DNA of 64,000 nt from Candidatus Altimarinota bacterium (lineage in GTDB: Bacteria > Patescibacteriota > Gracilibacteria > UBA1369 > 2-02-FULL-48-14). The position numbers were made by a program, and so were the translations under genes. The notes under the pieces are model-generated. The model ran no database searches, was not told the DNA's origin, and saw only the letters and a list, made by a program, of their open reading frames with translations. The stretch is from contig WFTC01000013.1 of the NCBI GenBank assembly GCA_015485665.1, positions 3,559-67,558 on the forward strand. Reading direction: 5' to 3'. This document shows positions 1 through 10,591 of this stretch, piece by piece. The first letter of the stretch is position 1. Every line of letters begins with the position of its first letter.

Positions 1-2
1 AA

Positions 3-1073
3 GATTCACGTCTTGATAGAATAAGATTTTATTTAACTAAACTTGGTTCTCCGGAGAAGCAAGTTAAATTTGTTCATGTTGCCGGAACGAACGGGAAAGG
101 TAGTACATGCGCCATGATTGCATCAGTGCTTCAAGAGGCAGGATATAAGGTTGGTTTGTTTACATCGCCACATCTTTTTGATTGGAGAGAGCGTATTCAA
201 ATAAACCGCAAAAAAATTTCCGATGCTGCAATATCTTTGCATGGAAGAGAACTTTTAGATTTTAATGTCGGTATTTTTGAGGCGTGGTTTTTGATGGCAA
301 TGAAGTATTTTTATGCGGAATCTGTGGATATTGTTATTTTAGAAGCCGGTATAGGTGGTCGTTTGGATGCCACCAATGTTATTCCTTCCCCTGAAGTTGC
401 CATTTTGACAAATGTTGATCTTGAGCATACTAAATTGCTTGGAAGCACTAAAGAAGCCATAGCTCTTGAGAAATCTGCAATCAAAAAAAATGCAATTTTG
501 CTTACCGGGATTGAGGATGAGGAGATTCTCCATGTTTTGCCTGAACATCGTGCAGTGCGTGTTTCAGGTTCATTTCAAGAGAAAAATAAAGCCCTTGCAA
601 GAGCTGCAATTCAAGTTTTGCGAGAAAGAGCTTGGGTAATTGATGATGCTGCAATTTTGTCCGGTTTAAAAAAGGCTTATTGGCCTTTACGCATGGAGAT
701 TTTATCCGAAAAACCTTTCATTTTGGCTGATGTAGGTCATAATTTGCATGGGATAAAAGCGCTTAAAGCCTCTTTACCAAGAAAAGATTCAGGTGTCAGA
801 TGGCTTTGGCTTGGAATATCCAAAGATAAAGATTACAAAAATATGGCAAGTGTATTGGGGGAGGGAATGGATAAAATTTTGATTTCTGAAGCTGATTATC
901 ATGCATGTCCCTCTGATTTATTAAAAAAAGCACTTCCAACAGCCGATGTGATGCCAAATATCAAAGAAGCAGCTGCTTATTTACAATCTATTCTGCAAAA
1001 AGAAGATCAGCTGTTTATTCTGGGAGGTCTTTATTTTGCAGCTCAAGCTGTGCAAGCTTTGGGCTTGGATTAA
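3..1073 (+). CDS. folC: folylpolyglutamate synthase/dihydrofolate synthase (5' end outside window)
   Basis: Frame is open from the window start (VHVAGTNGKGST); also FTSPHL, LEAGIGGRLDATN and DVGHN motifs. Confidence 0.93.
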   Translation, partial: DSRLDRIRFYLTKLGSPEKQVKFVHVAGTNGKGSTCAMIASVLQEAGYKVGLFTSPHLFDWRERIQINRKKISDAAISLHGRELLDFNVGIFEAWFLMAMKYFYAESVDIVILEAGIGGRLDATNVIPSPEVAILTNVDLEHTKLLGSTKEAIALEKSAIKKNAILLTGIEDEEILHVLPEHRAVRVSGSFQEKNKALARAAIQVLRERAWVIDDAAILSGLKKAYWPLRMEILSEKPFILADVGHNLHGIKALKASLPRKDSGVRWLWLGISKDKDYKNMASVLGEGMDKILISEADYHACPSDLLKKALPTADVMPNIKEAAAYLQSILQKEDQLFILGGLYFAAQAVQALGLD

Positions 1074-1482
1074 TCTTGTTTTTTTTACGTTCAAAGTGAA
1101 TCATTTCTATAACATAAAGCACTCCCAAACTTAGGAAAATCACTGCGAAAGCAATTGCGTTTTGCAATTTTAGAGAGTCAATTTGGAAAATAAGTTCTTT
1201 CACAGCTGCAACGATACATACGTTTACAATCACACTTATATTCATGCTGCCTCTGTTTATGAACGATCGTATTGCATAAAAAAGCTCCAATAAAATTACT
1301 ACAAACAAGGCATCTAAAACAGCTGCATTTGTGTCATTGCTCAAAATTTGCATGAAAGCTCTGTAAGTTATCATGCCCGCCGCCAATATTAAAATGACAC
1401 ATAAAATCGCAGCAATTACTTCTGTTAGCAAACGCAGCAGAAACAATACTTTATCTTTAAAAGCGTCAATATGTTTTTCCAT
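1015..1482 (-). CDS. PsiE-like (phosphate-starvation-inducible) membrane protein
   Basis: Four hydrophobic segments with LFVVILLELF...IVAAVKELI pattern. Confidence 0.65.
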   Translation of the reverse strand: MEKHIDAFKDKVLFLLRLLTEVIAAILCVILILAAGMITYRAFMQILSNDTNAAVLDALFVVILLELFYAIRSFINRGSMNISVIVNVCIVAAVKELIFQIDSLKLQNAIAFAVIFLSLGVLYVIEMIHFERKKNKINPSPKLAQLELQNKDLPE

Positions 1483-1551
1483 GTGTTAATTATATATGAA
1501 CAATTACTATTCTTCCAGAAATAACTCTTTTATGATATTTTCAACTTGCTT

Positions 1552-3075
1552 ATGTTTGAAATGCAAGATTACCGTCGGATTCCAAGTTTGATGGCTACTC
1601 AACATCCTGATAATGCGAATGCCGCTTTTTGGACAAATCAAGCAATGATCACTACATCCATGGAGACTGAAGAAATTTATGAATGTTTTTTTACTTTGGG
1701 CTGTGATGAATATATGTGGGATTGGGAGGGTAAATTTGCGGATGAAGCAATGATTGAAAGATTAATGGCTAGGCATTTGGATACTTTCAAAAAAAATTCT
1801 TTGGGGCTGGATAAATTCATAACCTTGCGTATTCCGAATATTTGGGAAGAACAAAGTTATAAGCTTTCACGGGCTTACATGAGTGTACTTTCAGCTGCGG
1901 AGCTTACTCGTGAACTTGCTTTGCACTCTCCTCCGGTTTTTGAATTTATTTTACCAATGACCAAGAGAGGAGAGCAGCTTATTTATGTGCAAAATACTTT
2001 TCGTCAGGTTGCAAATATGCATAGTGAAATTTTTGATGATCATGATTTTGGCATGGGTTATATGCATATGATACCACTTATTGAAAGTGTTGAAGATTTC
2101 TATGAATCTGCAAAAATCTTGGAAGATTTTATTGCTTTACATAAGGAGGTTTTTTCAGTTAAACCTCCTTATTTGCGTCCTTTTATTGCACGTAGCGATC
2201 CTGCCCTTAATGCAGGATTTGTTGCCGCTATGATTGGAGTTAGGATTGCATTGCGAGAATTTTATCGTATTGGGAAACGTCATGTTTTGAATGTTTACCC
2301 TATAATTGGTACGGGATCTTTGCCATTCCGTGGTGGAATTAATCCGGAAAATATAGTTGCGAGTTTAGAGCATTATAAAGGAGTTAAAACTATTTCCATT
2401 CAATCGGCTTTTCGTTATGACTATCCTATGAAGGATGTAAAAAATGCTTTGAATTATATTCAAAACACTTTGGCTGATTCACAGTCTGTCCAAATTCCCG
2501 ATAATGAATTTCATGAGTTATATGAGCTTTGTAAGATATTTTCAGATTATTATCGCAATACAATTGAGCTTGTTGCTCCTCGCATAAATGCAATGGCAAA
2601 ATTTATTCCTTCTCGTCGTGAGAGAGTGCAGCATATTGGTCTTTTTGGTTATGGGCGAGAAGTTGGTAAGGTTAATTTGCCAAGAGCCATTAAATTTACT
2701 GCGGCTTGTTATTCAATGGGATTTCCTCCTGAATTTGTTGGGACGGGTCGTGCTCTTAAAAAGATAAAATCACTTGGCAAGTTGGATCTCTTAAAAAAGC
2801 ACTTTCCAAGCTTGGGGCATGAGCTTAGGCATGCTGGAAAGTATTTAAATAGGAAGAATTTACAAGATTGGGCAAAAAGGGAATCTTGGGCGGAAGATTT
2901 GCTGGAAGATATTCTGCTATCAGAAAACATACTTGGCATTGATTTTGGTCCAAATAAAAATCATCATTATTTACATGAAATTTTGACTTCAAAAATTAAA
3001 CTTAAACAAGAAATGGATATTGATTTAAAAGAGGATATTTTAGAGGCAGCTTTACTTCGTAAAAGTTTAGGATAA
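1552..3075 (+). CDS. ppcA: archaeal-type phosphoenolpyruvate carboxylase
   Basis: ~510 aa with MATQHPDNA, EYMWDWEGK, ARSDPALN, GSLPFRGG, QSAFRYD and LPRAIKFT motifs. Confidence 0.92.
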   Translation: MFEMQDYRRIPSLMATQHPDNANAAFWTNQAMITTSMETEEIYECFFTLGCDEYMWDWEGKFADEAMIERLMARHLDTFKKNSLGLDKFITLRIPNIWEEQSYKLSRAYMSVLSAAELTRELALHSPPVFEFILPMTKRGEQLIYVQNTFRQVANMHSEIFDDHDFGMGYMHMIPLIESVEDFYESAKILEDFIALHKEVFSVKPPYLRPFIARSDPALNAGFVAAMIGVRIALREFYRIGKRHVLNVYPIIGTGSLPFRGGINPENIVASLEHYKGVKTISIQSAFRYDYPMKDVKNALNYIQNTLADSQSVQIPDNEFHELYELCKIFSDYYRNTIELVAPRINAMAKFIPSRRERVQHIGLFGYGREVGKVNLPRAIKFTAACYSMGFPPEFVGTGRALKKIKSLGKLDLLKKHFPSLGHELRHAGKYLNRKNLQDWAKRESWAEDLLEDILLSENILGIDFGPNKNHHYLHEILTSKIKLKQEMDIDLKEDILEAALLRKSLG

Positions 3076-4244
3076 TGCTCAATGCATCAGCTCAACAGCT
3101 TGTAAGTCCAGCAACCTTTACTATCTCTGCAAGAGCAGCGGAGCTTAAAGCTGCCGGATATCCTGTGTTAAATTTAAGTATAGGTGAGCCGGATTTTACA
3201 GTTCCGGATGCCATTAAAATTGCAGCTCATGCGGCAATTGATGAAGATTGCAGTTTTTATACGCCTACAGGCGGTTTGCCTGTTTTAAAAGATGCTTGCA
3301 TAGCAAAAATGAAAAGGGATTATGCTTTGGACTATTCTTATAATGAAATAACTTGCGGTGCGGGAGGGAAGCAAATGTTATTTAATTTTTTTGAAGTTAT
3401 TTTGGAGAAAGGTGATCAAGTTATACTTACAGATCCGGCTTGGCTTTCTTATGTGGAGCAAATCAAATGGGCGGGAGGTGTACCTACTTGTGTCCCCACC
3501 ACTCCGGAAAACAATTTTAATTTGACTGCAGAAGCATTGAAGGAAGCTTTGAATGCAAAAACAAAAGTCGTGCTTATAAATTCTCCGGGAAATCCAACAG
3601 GTGGCGTTATATCGGAGGAAGAACTTGGGAAAATTATGGATGTTTTGGAAGGTCATCATGCATTAATTCTAAGCGATGACGTTTATGAATTTTTTTCTTA
3701 TGACGCTCCTCAGGCGCATGTGCTTAGATTGAATCCAAAATGGAAAGAGCGTGTTGTAACGGTCAATTCTCTTTCCAAAACTTATGCAATGACCGGATGG
3801 AGGCTTGGCTTTGCTGCCGGTCCCTCTAAAATCATTGCTGCAATGGAGAAAAGGCAAAGTCTTTCCACATCTAACCCATGTTCAATTGTACAAATGGCTG
3901 CAGTTTGTGCTCTGAATGGACCGCAAGATAGCGTGCTTGCTATGAGGTCAGCTTTCAAGAAGCGTCGTGATTTAGCTGTGGATAAATTGAACAAGTTTGC
4001 AAAATTGCCATTTGTCAGACCTCAAGGTGCATTTTATATCTTAATGGATGTTGGTAGTTTTCTTAAATCCGGAGAATCAGATCTTGACTTTTGCGAGCGC
4101 CTTTTGGAGGAGCATTTTGTTGCAATGGTACCCGGAAGTGTGTTTGGTATGGCAACTCAGGGTTGGATAAGGATGAGCATTGCAAGCAGTGAAGCTGTAA
4201 TTGATGAAGCTTTGGACCGTCTTTTTAAATTTTTAGATTTCTGA
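3075..4244 (+). CDS. PLP-dependent aminotransferase class I/II (aspartate aminotransferase-like)
   Basis: GEPDF, NSPGNPTG, SDDVY and SLSKTYAMTGWRLG motifs; TAATG overlap with ppcA. Confidence 0.9.
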   Translation: MLNASAQQLVSPATFTISARAAELKAAGYPVLNLSIGEPDFTVPDAIKIAAHAAIDEDCSFYTPTGGLPVLKDACIAKMKRDYALDYSYNEITCGAGGKQMLFNFFEVILEKGDQVILTDPAWLSYVEQIKWAGGVPTCVPTTPENNFNLTAEALKEALNAKTKVVLINSPGNPTGGVISEEELGKIMDVLEGHHALILSDDVYEFFSYDAPQAHVLRLNPKWKERVVTVNSLSKTYAMTGWRLGFAAGPSKIIAAMEKRQSLSTSNPCSIVQMAAVCALNGPQDSVLAMRSAFKKRRDLAVDKLNKFAKLPFVRPQGAFYILMDVGSFLKSGESDLDFCERLLEEHFVAMVPGSVFGMATQGWIRMSIASSEAVIDEALDRLFKFLDF

Positions 4245-4288
4245 TAAGGTTTTTGTTATTATACCCCAGTCTTAATAAATATTTTTTT

Positions 4289-6097
4289 ATGAAACGCATT
4301 ATATTTGCAGGGAGTTTAATCGTTTTTTTCCTGTCTTCTTTTTACTTAAATTCTTTAAGTTTTGCTTCCAATTTTACAGATGTTGATGAGGAAAGTTCAA
4401 TTTACCTATTTTCTGAATACGCTTATGCAAAAGGTATTTTTGAAGGTTATCCAGATGGCAGTTTGGGGGTTGATTCTCCTATAAATCGAGCTGAGCTTGC
4501 TAAAGTTTTGGTGGCATCTTTGGGTGAACAACCTGATTTGGACAGTTATAATAACTGCTTTACGGATGTGAGTGAAGAATGGTTTGCCCCTTGGGTGTGT
4601 TATGGCAAAGAAAAAGGATATTGGGAAGGTTACGCAGATGGCAGTTTTGGTGTTGATCAAGATGTGAATACGGCTGAATTTATTAAAATGCTTACTACAA
4701 CGCAAGGTATTTCTATTCCGGATGAATTGAATATTCCTTATGATGATGTTGTGACTGATGCTTGGTATGCACCATATGTGGCAGCTTTGGTGGAAGCCAA
4801 TGTTTTGGGTGAAAGAGGTGAAAATTTGGGAGTCTCATCTGCACGTCTTCGTGGAGATGTTACTGAAAATATGGCTAAAGCCGTAATGTTGAGAGAGGCA
4901 GAGGAATCGGTTTTTAATGCACAAGTTTTAGAAAGCTCTATGGCGGAAGCTGGCCTTTCGGATTTAATTCCGGATGCAATACTGTATATTGCTGATTCTT
5001 ACACTATTGAAGGAGATGTTTTGGTAACTGATGATTTCGAGATAGATCCAGATGGTGCATTTAGCAGCGATTCATATATTCAAGCAAATATGCTGGTTTC
5101 CAGTGATTTTGAACTGGATGGAGGTCGTATTATTGCTGATAATTATGAGCTTGATAACGGAGAGGTTAGCGTGTGGGAATACGGTGGTCAGGATATTGTG
5201 GTATTTATTCTTGATGATAATGACTATGCTTCTTTAGGTGAAAATACTGCAGATGAAAATCTTGGAGATGAAATCACTATTCAAATTGAAGAAGATTATG
5301 AAATTGCACCCAGCACTATCAGCACCTTTGATTTAGACCCAACCAATAGTGGCTACTGTTCTTATTGGGAGGGTAGGCCAGATACAACCTGTACAGAAGA
5401 TTTCTTTTATGGATGGGCGAGCACTACTTATAGTGAGCAGAGAGAAGAAAACTATGATAATGCCTTAGATGGCATTACGGAGTTTAAAGAAGATGAACGA
5501 TCAAATCTTATTTTTGTTGCTTCTTTCCGTAGTCAAACGGTAACAATTGCAGGTACCGCAACAACTATTTATTTCTTGGAAGATTTATATGCAATGGGTG
5601 AGTACATGTATTATTCTGAAAACATTGTTAATGGAGGAGAACGTGCAAATTATCAAAGTATTGAACCTGTTACAAGCAGTGCTCGTATGATTTTTGATGA
5701 TGCAGTCATGACCTCTTATGATGAAGATGGAGATACTGTTTTGACTCTTTTTTACAGTCCGACATCTCTTATGGAGGCAGTTGCGAATACTTATTATTCA
5801 GATTATCAATTTGGTAAAACAACTGAAGAGTATGGGACAACTACGGTTTCATATTTAACAGATATATCCATTAGTGGTGATCCTCAGTCCGGTAATATTA
5901 GTGGTGAATCAACAGAAGGATTTTATACAACTGAGTGGAATTTCGCCAGTATTTATGATGATCAAGGTGTTCTTTTTAATCCTGTCAATTTTAGTGAAAG
6001 CGATGTCTTTACAGATGCGCAAGGAGCAGAAGAGATAAATACATGGTTTTTTGAATCTATGCAGGGTGTGATTAATACAATGGTGGAAAGATTTTAA
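4289..6097 (+). CDS. secreted S-layer homology (SLH) domain protein with acidic C-terminal region
   Basis: Signal peptide; repeats such as FTDV..GIFEGYPDGS..INRAELAK and FTDV..WFAPWV..GYADGSF. Confidence 0.8.
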   Translation: MKRIIFAGSLIVFFLSSFYLNSLSFASNFTDVDEESSIYLFSEYAYAKGIFEGYPDGSLGVDSPINRAELAKVLVASLGEQPDLDSYNNCFTDVSEEWFAPWVCYGKEKGYWEGYADGSFGVDQDVNTAEFIKMLTTTQGISIPDELNIPYDDVVTDAWYAPYVAALVEANVLGERGENLGVSSARLRGDVTENMAKAVMLREAEESVFNAQVLESSMAEAGLSDLIPDAILYIADSYTIEGDVLVTDDFEIDPDGAFSSDSYIQANMLVSSDFELDGGRIIADNYELDNGEVSVWEYGGQDIVVFILDDNDYASLGENTADENLGDEITIQIEEDYEIAPSTISTFDLDPTNSGYCSYWEGRPDTTCTEDFFYGWASTTYSEQREENYDNALDGITEFKEDERSNLIFVASFRSQTVTIAGTATTIYFLEDLYAMGEYMYYSENIVNGGERANYQSIEPVTSSARMIFDDAVMTSYDEDGDTVLTLFYSPTSLMEAVANTYYSDYQFGKTTEEYGTTTVSYLTDISISGDPQSGNISGESTEGFYTTEWNFASIYDDQGVLFNPVNFSESDVFTDAQGAEEINTWFFESMQGVINTMVERF

Positions 6098-6109
6098 AGT
6101 CGTATTAAG

Positions 6110-6754
6110 TCAATTGAAATTAAAAAAAGGCAGGATTTCGCTAACATCTTTGATGACTTTATCAGCCATAGAAAAATCATTTGTTTCTGAAAGTTGATTC
6201 GGGCAAGCAAAGCAAGTTAGTCCTGCTTTTTTTGCTGCTTTTACTCCTCTTTCAGTGTCTTCAATTACCAAGCATTCTTCTTTTGAAAAACCACTTTTCT
6301 TCAATGCCTTCAAGTAGCTTTCCGGATGGGGCTTTTCATGTATTACATCTTCATTGCAAATAAAGAAATCGAAATAAATTGCAAGGTTTGTAGAGTCCAT
6401 AATTATATTAAAATGTTCCCGTAAACTCATTGTTACAACTCCCATATTTATTTTTCCGTGTAACTTTTGTAAAGTTTCTATGACTTGATTGCATATTTCC
6501 ACTTTATTAGAGAGTTTTTTTGAATATAAATCATTTCTTTTTTTCCTAAGGATTTTGATTGTTTCAGGGTCTATCCCTTTTTCATAAGCCAATTCGAATG
6601 CACTGCGATTTTTCTTAAGTGCTTCTTGGCTATTCCATTCGTATGTTAATTCCACTCCCACATCCGCCAATATTTTTTGAGTAGCTTCAAAAAACAAAGG
6701 TTCCGTATTTACAAGCGTCCCATCGCTATCCCAGAATATTGCTTTAAATGCCAT
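6110..6754 (-). CDS. HAD-family phosphatase (beta-phosphoglucomutase-like)
   Basis: WDSDGTL motif I, KPHPE and IEDTERG. Confidence 0.85.
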   Translation of the reverse strand: MAFKAIFWDSDGTLVNTEPLFFEATQKILADVGVELTYEWNSQEALKKNRSAFELAYEKGIDPETIKILRKKRNDLYSKKLSNKVEICNQVIETLQKLHGKINMGVVTMSLREHFNIIMDSTNLAIYFDFFICNEDVIHEKPHPESYLKALKKSGFSKEECLVIEDTERGVKAAKKAGLTCFACPNQLSETNDFSMADKVIKDVSEILPFFNFN

Positions 6755-6882
6755 GCGGAAATTATACTTTAATAAGTTTAATAGTCTAGCCAAGTTCGTT
6801 ATGTAGCCTATGCCACTTGTTAAGAAATTCTTTCATGTTAGGCTGAAGCTCGCATATAGATTTACTTTTTAATTTCAAAGAT

Positions 6883-7755
6883 ATGAGCAAAAAAATACTT
6901 ATTGCAAGCACTCTCGGAATACTTCTTTTTGCGGGCTGCACTTCCATTAATTCCAATACTTCAGATTCTTCAAAAAAAAATCTTTCAGAAGAAGATACAG
7001 TAATTGATACAGTTTCAACTGCATCTGCTTCCGGTATTGCAATCTGGCAATATCCAGATAAGAGAGAATTGGATCCGGATTTGTTTGGTACGCCGGATAA
7101 TCCACTTAATGTGGATTTACTACCTTTGGAGGATAGACTTACGAATGAGGCAGGAACTGAGTATACAACTATTGCCAATCCATCCATGTTTTCCAATGTG
7201 ATTGAAGAGATAGAGGGTTCCATTAATATTTGGGTGAATGATCGAACATATAGAGATGATCCAGATTCTCAAGATGAAGCTAAAATAGAAGCGATTTTTA
7301 CCGGTCCAAACGGGCAAGAGTTTAAGATACTTTTAAATAAAGTTATTCCTGTTGGGCCAAGTCATCAATTTTTTGGTGGAGTTGCGACCAATGTGGTGAT
7401 GCATGGAGACACGGGGATTGGAACGCCTTTGGTAACTAAGGAATTGTCTTATATTACTTTATGGGGAGTGGGTGACTTATATATTGATGGTGAGCTTGCG
7501 GATAGTAATAGAATTGTTCATATGATGGTGAGTGAGAGAACTAGAGATGAAGATTTTAAGGTAGGATTTGATGTTGCTCAGCCGGATGAGCTTGAAATTC
7601 ATTTGGCATTGCCTCCTCAAAAGGCAAGCAGTGATGGTCCTGTTGACAGCCCCGTTCCTACGGGTGTGATTTTGGAAAATGGTCAAGAACAGCCATTTAT
7701 TCATGTGAATTTTTATGGGAATCTGAACTTAGATGGGGAACAATTTGATATTTAG
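6883..7755 (+). CDS. uncharacterised lipoprotein
   Basis: Lipobox LFAGC after a hydrophobic signal; 290-aa ORF. Confidence 0.7.
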   Translation: MSKKILIASTLGILLFAGCTSINSNTSDSSKKNLSEEDTVIDTVSTASASGIAIWQYPDKRELDPDLFGTPDNPLNVDLLPLEDRLTNEAGTEYTTIANPSMFSNVIEEIEGSINIWVNDRTYRDDPDSQDEAKIEAIFTGPNGQEFKILLNKVIPVGPSHQFFGGVATNVVMHGDTGIGTPLVTKELSYITLWGVGDLYIDGELADSNRIVHMMVSERTRDEDFKVGFDVAQPDELEIHLALPPQKASSDGPVDSPVPTGVILENGQEQPFIHVNFYGNLNLDGEQFDI

Positions 7756-7763
7756 TTAGGACC

Positions 7764-7800
7764 ACCCCTGATAATGGCAAGCTTATCAGGGGTTTTTATT
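7764..7800 (+). terminator. intrinsic terminator
   Basis: ACCCCTGATAA/TTATCAGGGGT inverted repeat followed by a T-tract. Confidence 0.75.
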
Positions 7801-7838
7801 GTTTTGTGATAATAAGATTATTTATATATAATACTTTT

Positions 7839-8495
7839 ATGAATGAAAAAGTGGAGAAACTTTGGTACTTGAAGAATTTAGATATTTTTGAGGGTGTGCC
7901 GGATGATGAAATAATGCAGCTTGCTGGCAAGGTAAGAGAATGCACTTACAATAAAGGAGAAATGATTTACTCTCATTATGAGAGTTTGAATTGTATTTAT
8001 GTGTTGAAGCGAGGAGAGGTGAGGTTATTTCATAGTAAAAATGGTAAACGTATGGTATTTGATGTGCTGGGTCCGGGAAGTTTATTTGGAGGTCTTGTTT
8101 TTACTTCCGATAAGAGCACTCATTTTGCTCAAGCAACACATCCAAGCAGACTTTGTATTTTTTCCGAGGATGATTTTTTATCTATTTTGCAAAGAAAACC
8201 AGACATTATGATGAGATTTATCAAGAAAATGACGCAAAAAATTCAAGAGTATGAACACAGTTTGAGTATGAGAAATGATTCTGCAGATGAGCTTATTTTA
8301 ACTGAATTAAGCAAATTACATGAAAAGCGTGGACGTTCTTTGTTTGGGGTTTGGAAGCCAAGTAGTATTCACATTACACATGAAGAATTGGCGGAATTAA
8401 CAGGTTTAAACAGAGTTACTGTTACAAGAGCTTTAAAGCGTTTGAAAAAAGCATCAAAAATTCAAATTGATAAAAACGGTATTTCAATTTTGTAG
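7839..8495 (+). CDS. Crp/Fnr-family transcriptional regulator
   Basis: cNMP-binding domain plus HTH ITHEELAELTGLNRVTVTRALK. Confidence 0.9.
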   Translation: MNEKVEKLWYLKNLDIFEGVPDDEIMQLAGKVRECTYNKGEMIYSHYESLNCIYVLKRGEVRLFHSKNGKRMVFDVLGPGSLFGGLVFTSDKSTHFAQATHPSRLCIFSEDDFLSILQRKPDIMMRFIKKMTQKIQEYEHSLSMRNDSADELILTELSKLHEKRGRSLFGVWKPSSIHITHEELAELTGLNRVTVTRALKRLKKASKIQIDKNGISIL

Positions 8496-8746
8496 AATTT
8501 GATGTGAATTAAGGTTTTTAAATTTGTGGAGGGCCGACTAAATGTTTGAGTGAAAATAAAGTTGGCTCCCCATACCTTTGTTTTGTTCAAACCGTTCTAA
8601 CTGTAACTGGAATCATTGAAAAACCTCTGATTCATATTTTTAACCTAACGACTTGGGCGTAAGAAGTTAAGAAGATACAAGATGAGGGAATGTGTGTTTA
8701 ATAATTGTAGTCACTTTGTAAAAGAACCAGTACATACAAATGATTT

Positions 8747-9478
8747 CTAAAGTGCTCCGAAGTTTAAGCGGGGGATGGCAAGTTCGGATTTAATTTGAGC
8801 TGCAATATCTTTAATTTGAGAGTCTAGTCCTTCCATGCTAGCTCTGCCTTCGTCAATTCCGTCCAAGTATGCTTTTTTCCACTTTCCTCTCAAAGGCATC
8901 CTAGAGGTTACAGCGTCTTGCATGACACGATTTTCTCTTGTTACTTCAGATGGCAAAGCTTTTTGTGAATTTTCTACGTCAATTACTCCAAGTGTACTAG
9001 CTGTAACTGAATAAAGTAGATGACGAAGTTGAAAATCTCCATGAACAATACCTTCCAGTTCTTTTAAAGCAAAAAGGCGACCTAATCTAACCATAAAATC
9101 TCTACATGCTTCTTTTCTTTGTAATCTTGTTAATCCTGTTTCACGAGGAAAACCTCTTGAAGCTACTACACCAGCAGTCACACCAGGGACGAAGGACATG
9201 TAAATTTTCCCCCCTTGATCAATTGCGATCGGCTTTGGTGATACAATGGCAAGGTTTGGATTTGCATGAGCTTTAAGAACTCTATCCCAAACCAACAGTG
9301 CAAAGAATTCTCTCAAAGAATTGCTCTTGTTTCTTTCGGGTTTATCTTTTCTAACAATTCCGCCTGTAGGGAGCAGTGTTACATCAGAACTCCGATCTTT
9401 GTGAAAGCCTGTATAAGTTGCAAATTTTGCATCAACGACGTATGGTGGTAAACCAATTGCTTTTATATTTGTTGGCAT
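8747..9478 (-). CDS. protein-kinase-like fold protein (RIO/Kdo-kinase-like)
   Basis: VRKD, IYMSFVPG, HGDFQLRHLL catalytic loop and IDVE. Confidence 0.6.
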   Translation of the reverse strand: MPTNIKAIGLPPYVVDAKFATYTGFHKDRSSDVTLLPTGGIVRKDKPERNKSNSLREFFALLVWDRVLKAHANPNLAIVSPKPIAIDQGGKIYMSFVPGVTAGVVASRGFPRETGLTRLQRKEACRDFMVRLGRLFALKELEGIVHGDFQLRHLLYSVTASTLGVIDVENSQKALPSEVTRENRVMQDAVTSRMPLRGKWKKAYLDGIDEGRASMEGLDSQIKDIAAQIKSELAIPRLNFGAL

Positions 9479-9810
9479 TAAATTGACGTTATTATAAATA
9501 AAATGCGGATTTTATCAATGGCTAAACCTGTTCAAAGGATGGTTCTCGACCAATGTACAGTCAATATATCAGAATTATATGCTTTTTTCTGAGTGTTTTA
9601 TTGTTAGCTCCATGGGTTACTAAGATAAAATTATTTGGCATTGAGTTTGAAAATGATAAAAGCGCCAAAAAGTAAAAAGATTCTTAGCAGTTTTACATGA
9701 AAAAAGTGTTTTTACTTTTTGGCGGGAGAGAAAACACTGAGCTTAAAAAGAAGCTTTCTCTTTCGGAAGAATTTGAAATATGGAATTTATCTTCATTTTC
9801 TTAAGAGGAG

Positions 9811-10469
9811 TTGTGTGCTGATTTAAGAGATGAGATTTTTATTCTTGAACACATAAAAGAGAAAAATGACAAAGATTTATTCCCGTTTGATTTGAGTGCA
9901 GAGCAACCGTCTAGATGTGGAATGCTGATCGGAGAATCATTATTTAACACGCTTGAGATTGCAGAAATAAGAGGGTTGCTGAATTTATATTCAGATATAT
10001 TTTTAGATCCGCTTTATAAGGTAGATCGCTTTGGTAGTGAGCATATAGTTTCATTGGAGAAAGCTTTGTTTGATATGTTTGAATATTGGAGGCAAGATAA
10101 AGTTCTCTTTTTGCTAACAAAAGATTTTTGAAATTTTGTGAATGTATGCAAGGGCAAGCTGATTTTACTATTTTTAATGCACTTTATGTTAAAGATTGGT
10201 TAGCTGTTAAGCCTGACTCTAAAAAACAGAACTATTTCCGTCTTTTCCTTGCGTATTCTTTATCCTTGGAGTTGAAACGATTTCAAAGAGGCAAATTGAT
10301 TGTCACTTTTCTGCGTGAATCTGCTGCAAACATAGAATTGCAAAGGGAGACCATAAATAAAGCGTCATTAGGCTATCTGAACTTTGGACAGAAAGGGGAT
10401 AAATCTACAGATCTGAATTTAAGTAAAGAGGAGAAATTAGATATTGCGGAGAAAAATAGAGCTTATTGA
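9811..10469 (+). pseudogene. two overlapping short hypothetical ORFs, possibly a decayed gene
   Basis: ORFs 9811-10131 and 10128-10469 have TTG starts in different frames, with stop-interrupted fragments upstream. Confidence 0.3.
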
Positions 10470-10591
10470 GGGGCAGATTGGAAAAAGGACAGATTATATT
10501 GAATACACCTTATGATGCACTCTATAAACAGGCAATTGACAAAAGAAGCGGCGGAGTTGGTCCAACCGCTTGTTTTGAGAAATGTTCAATT

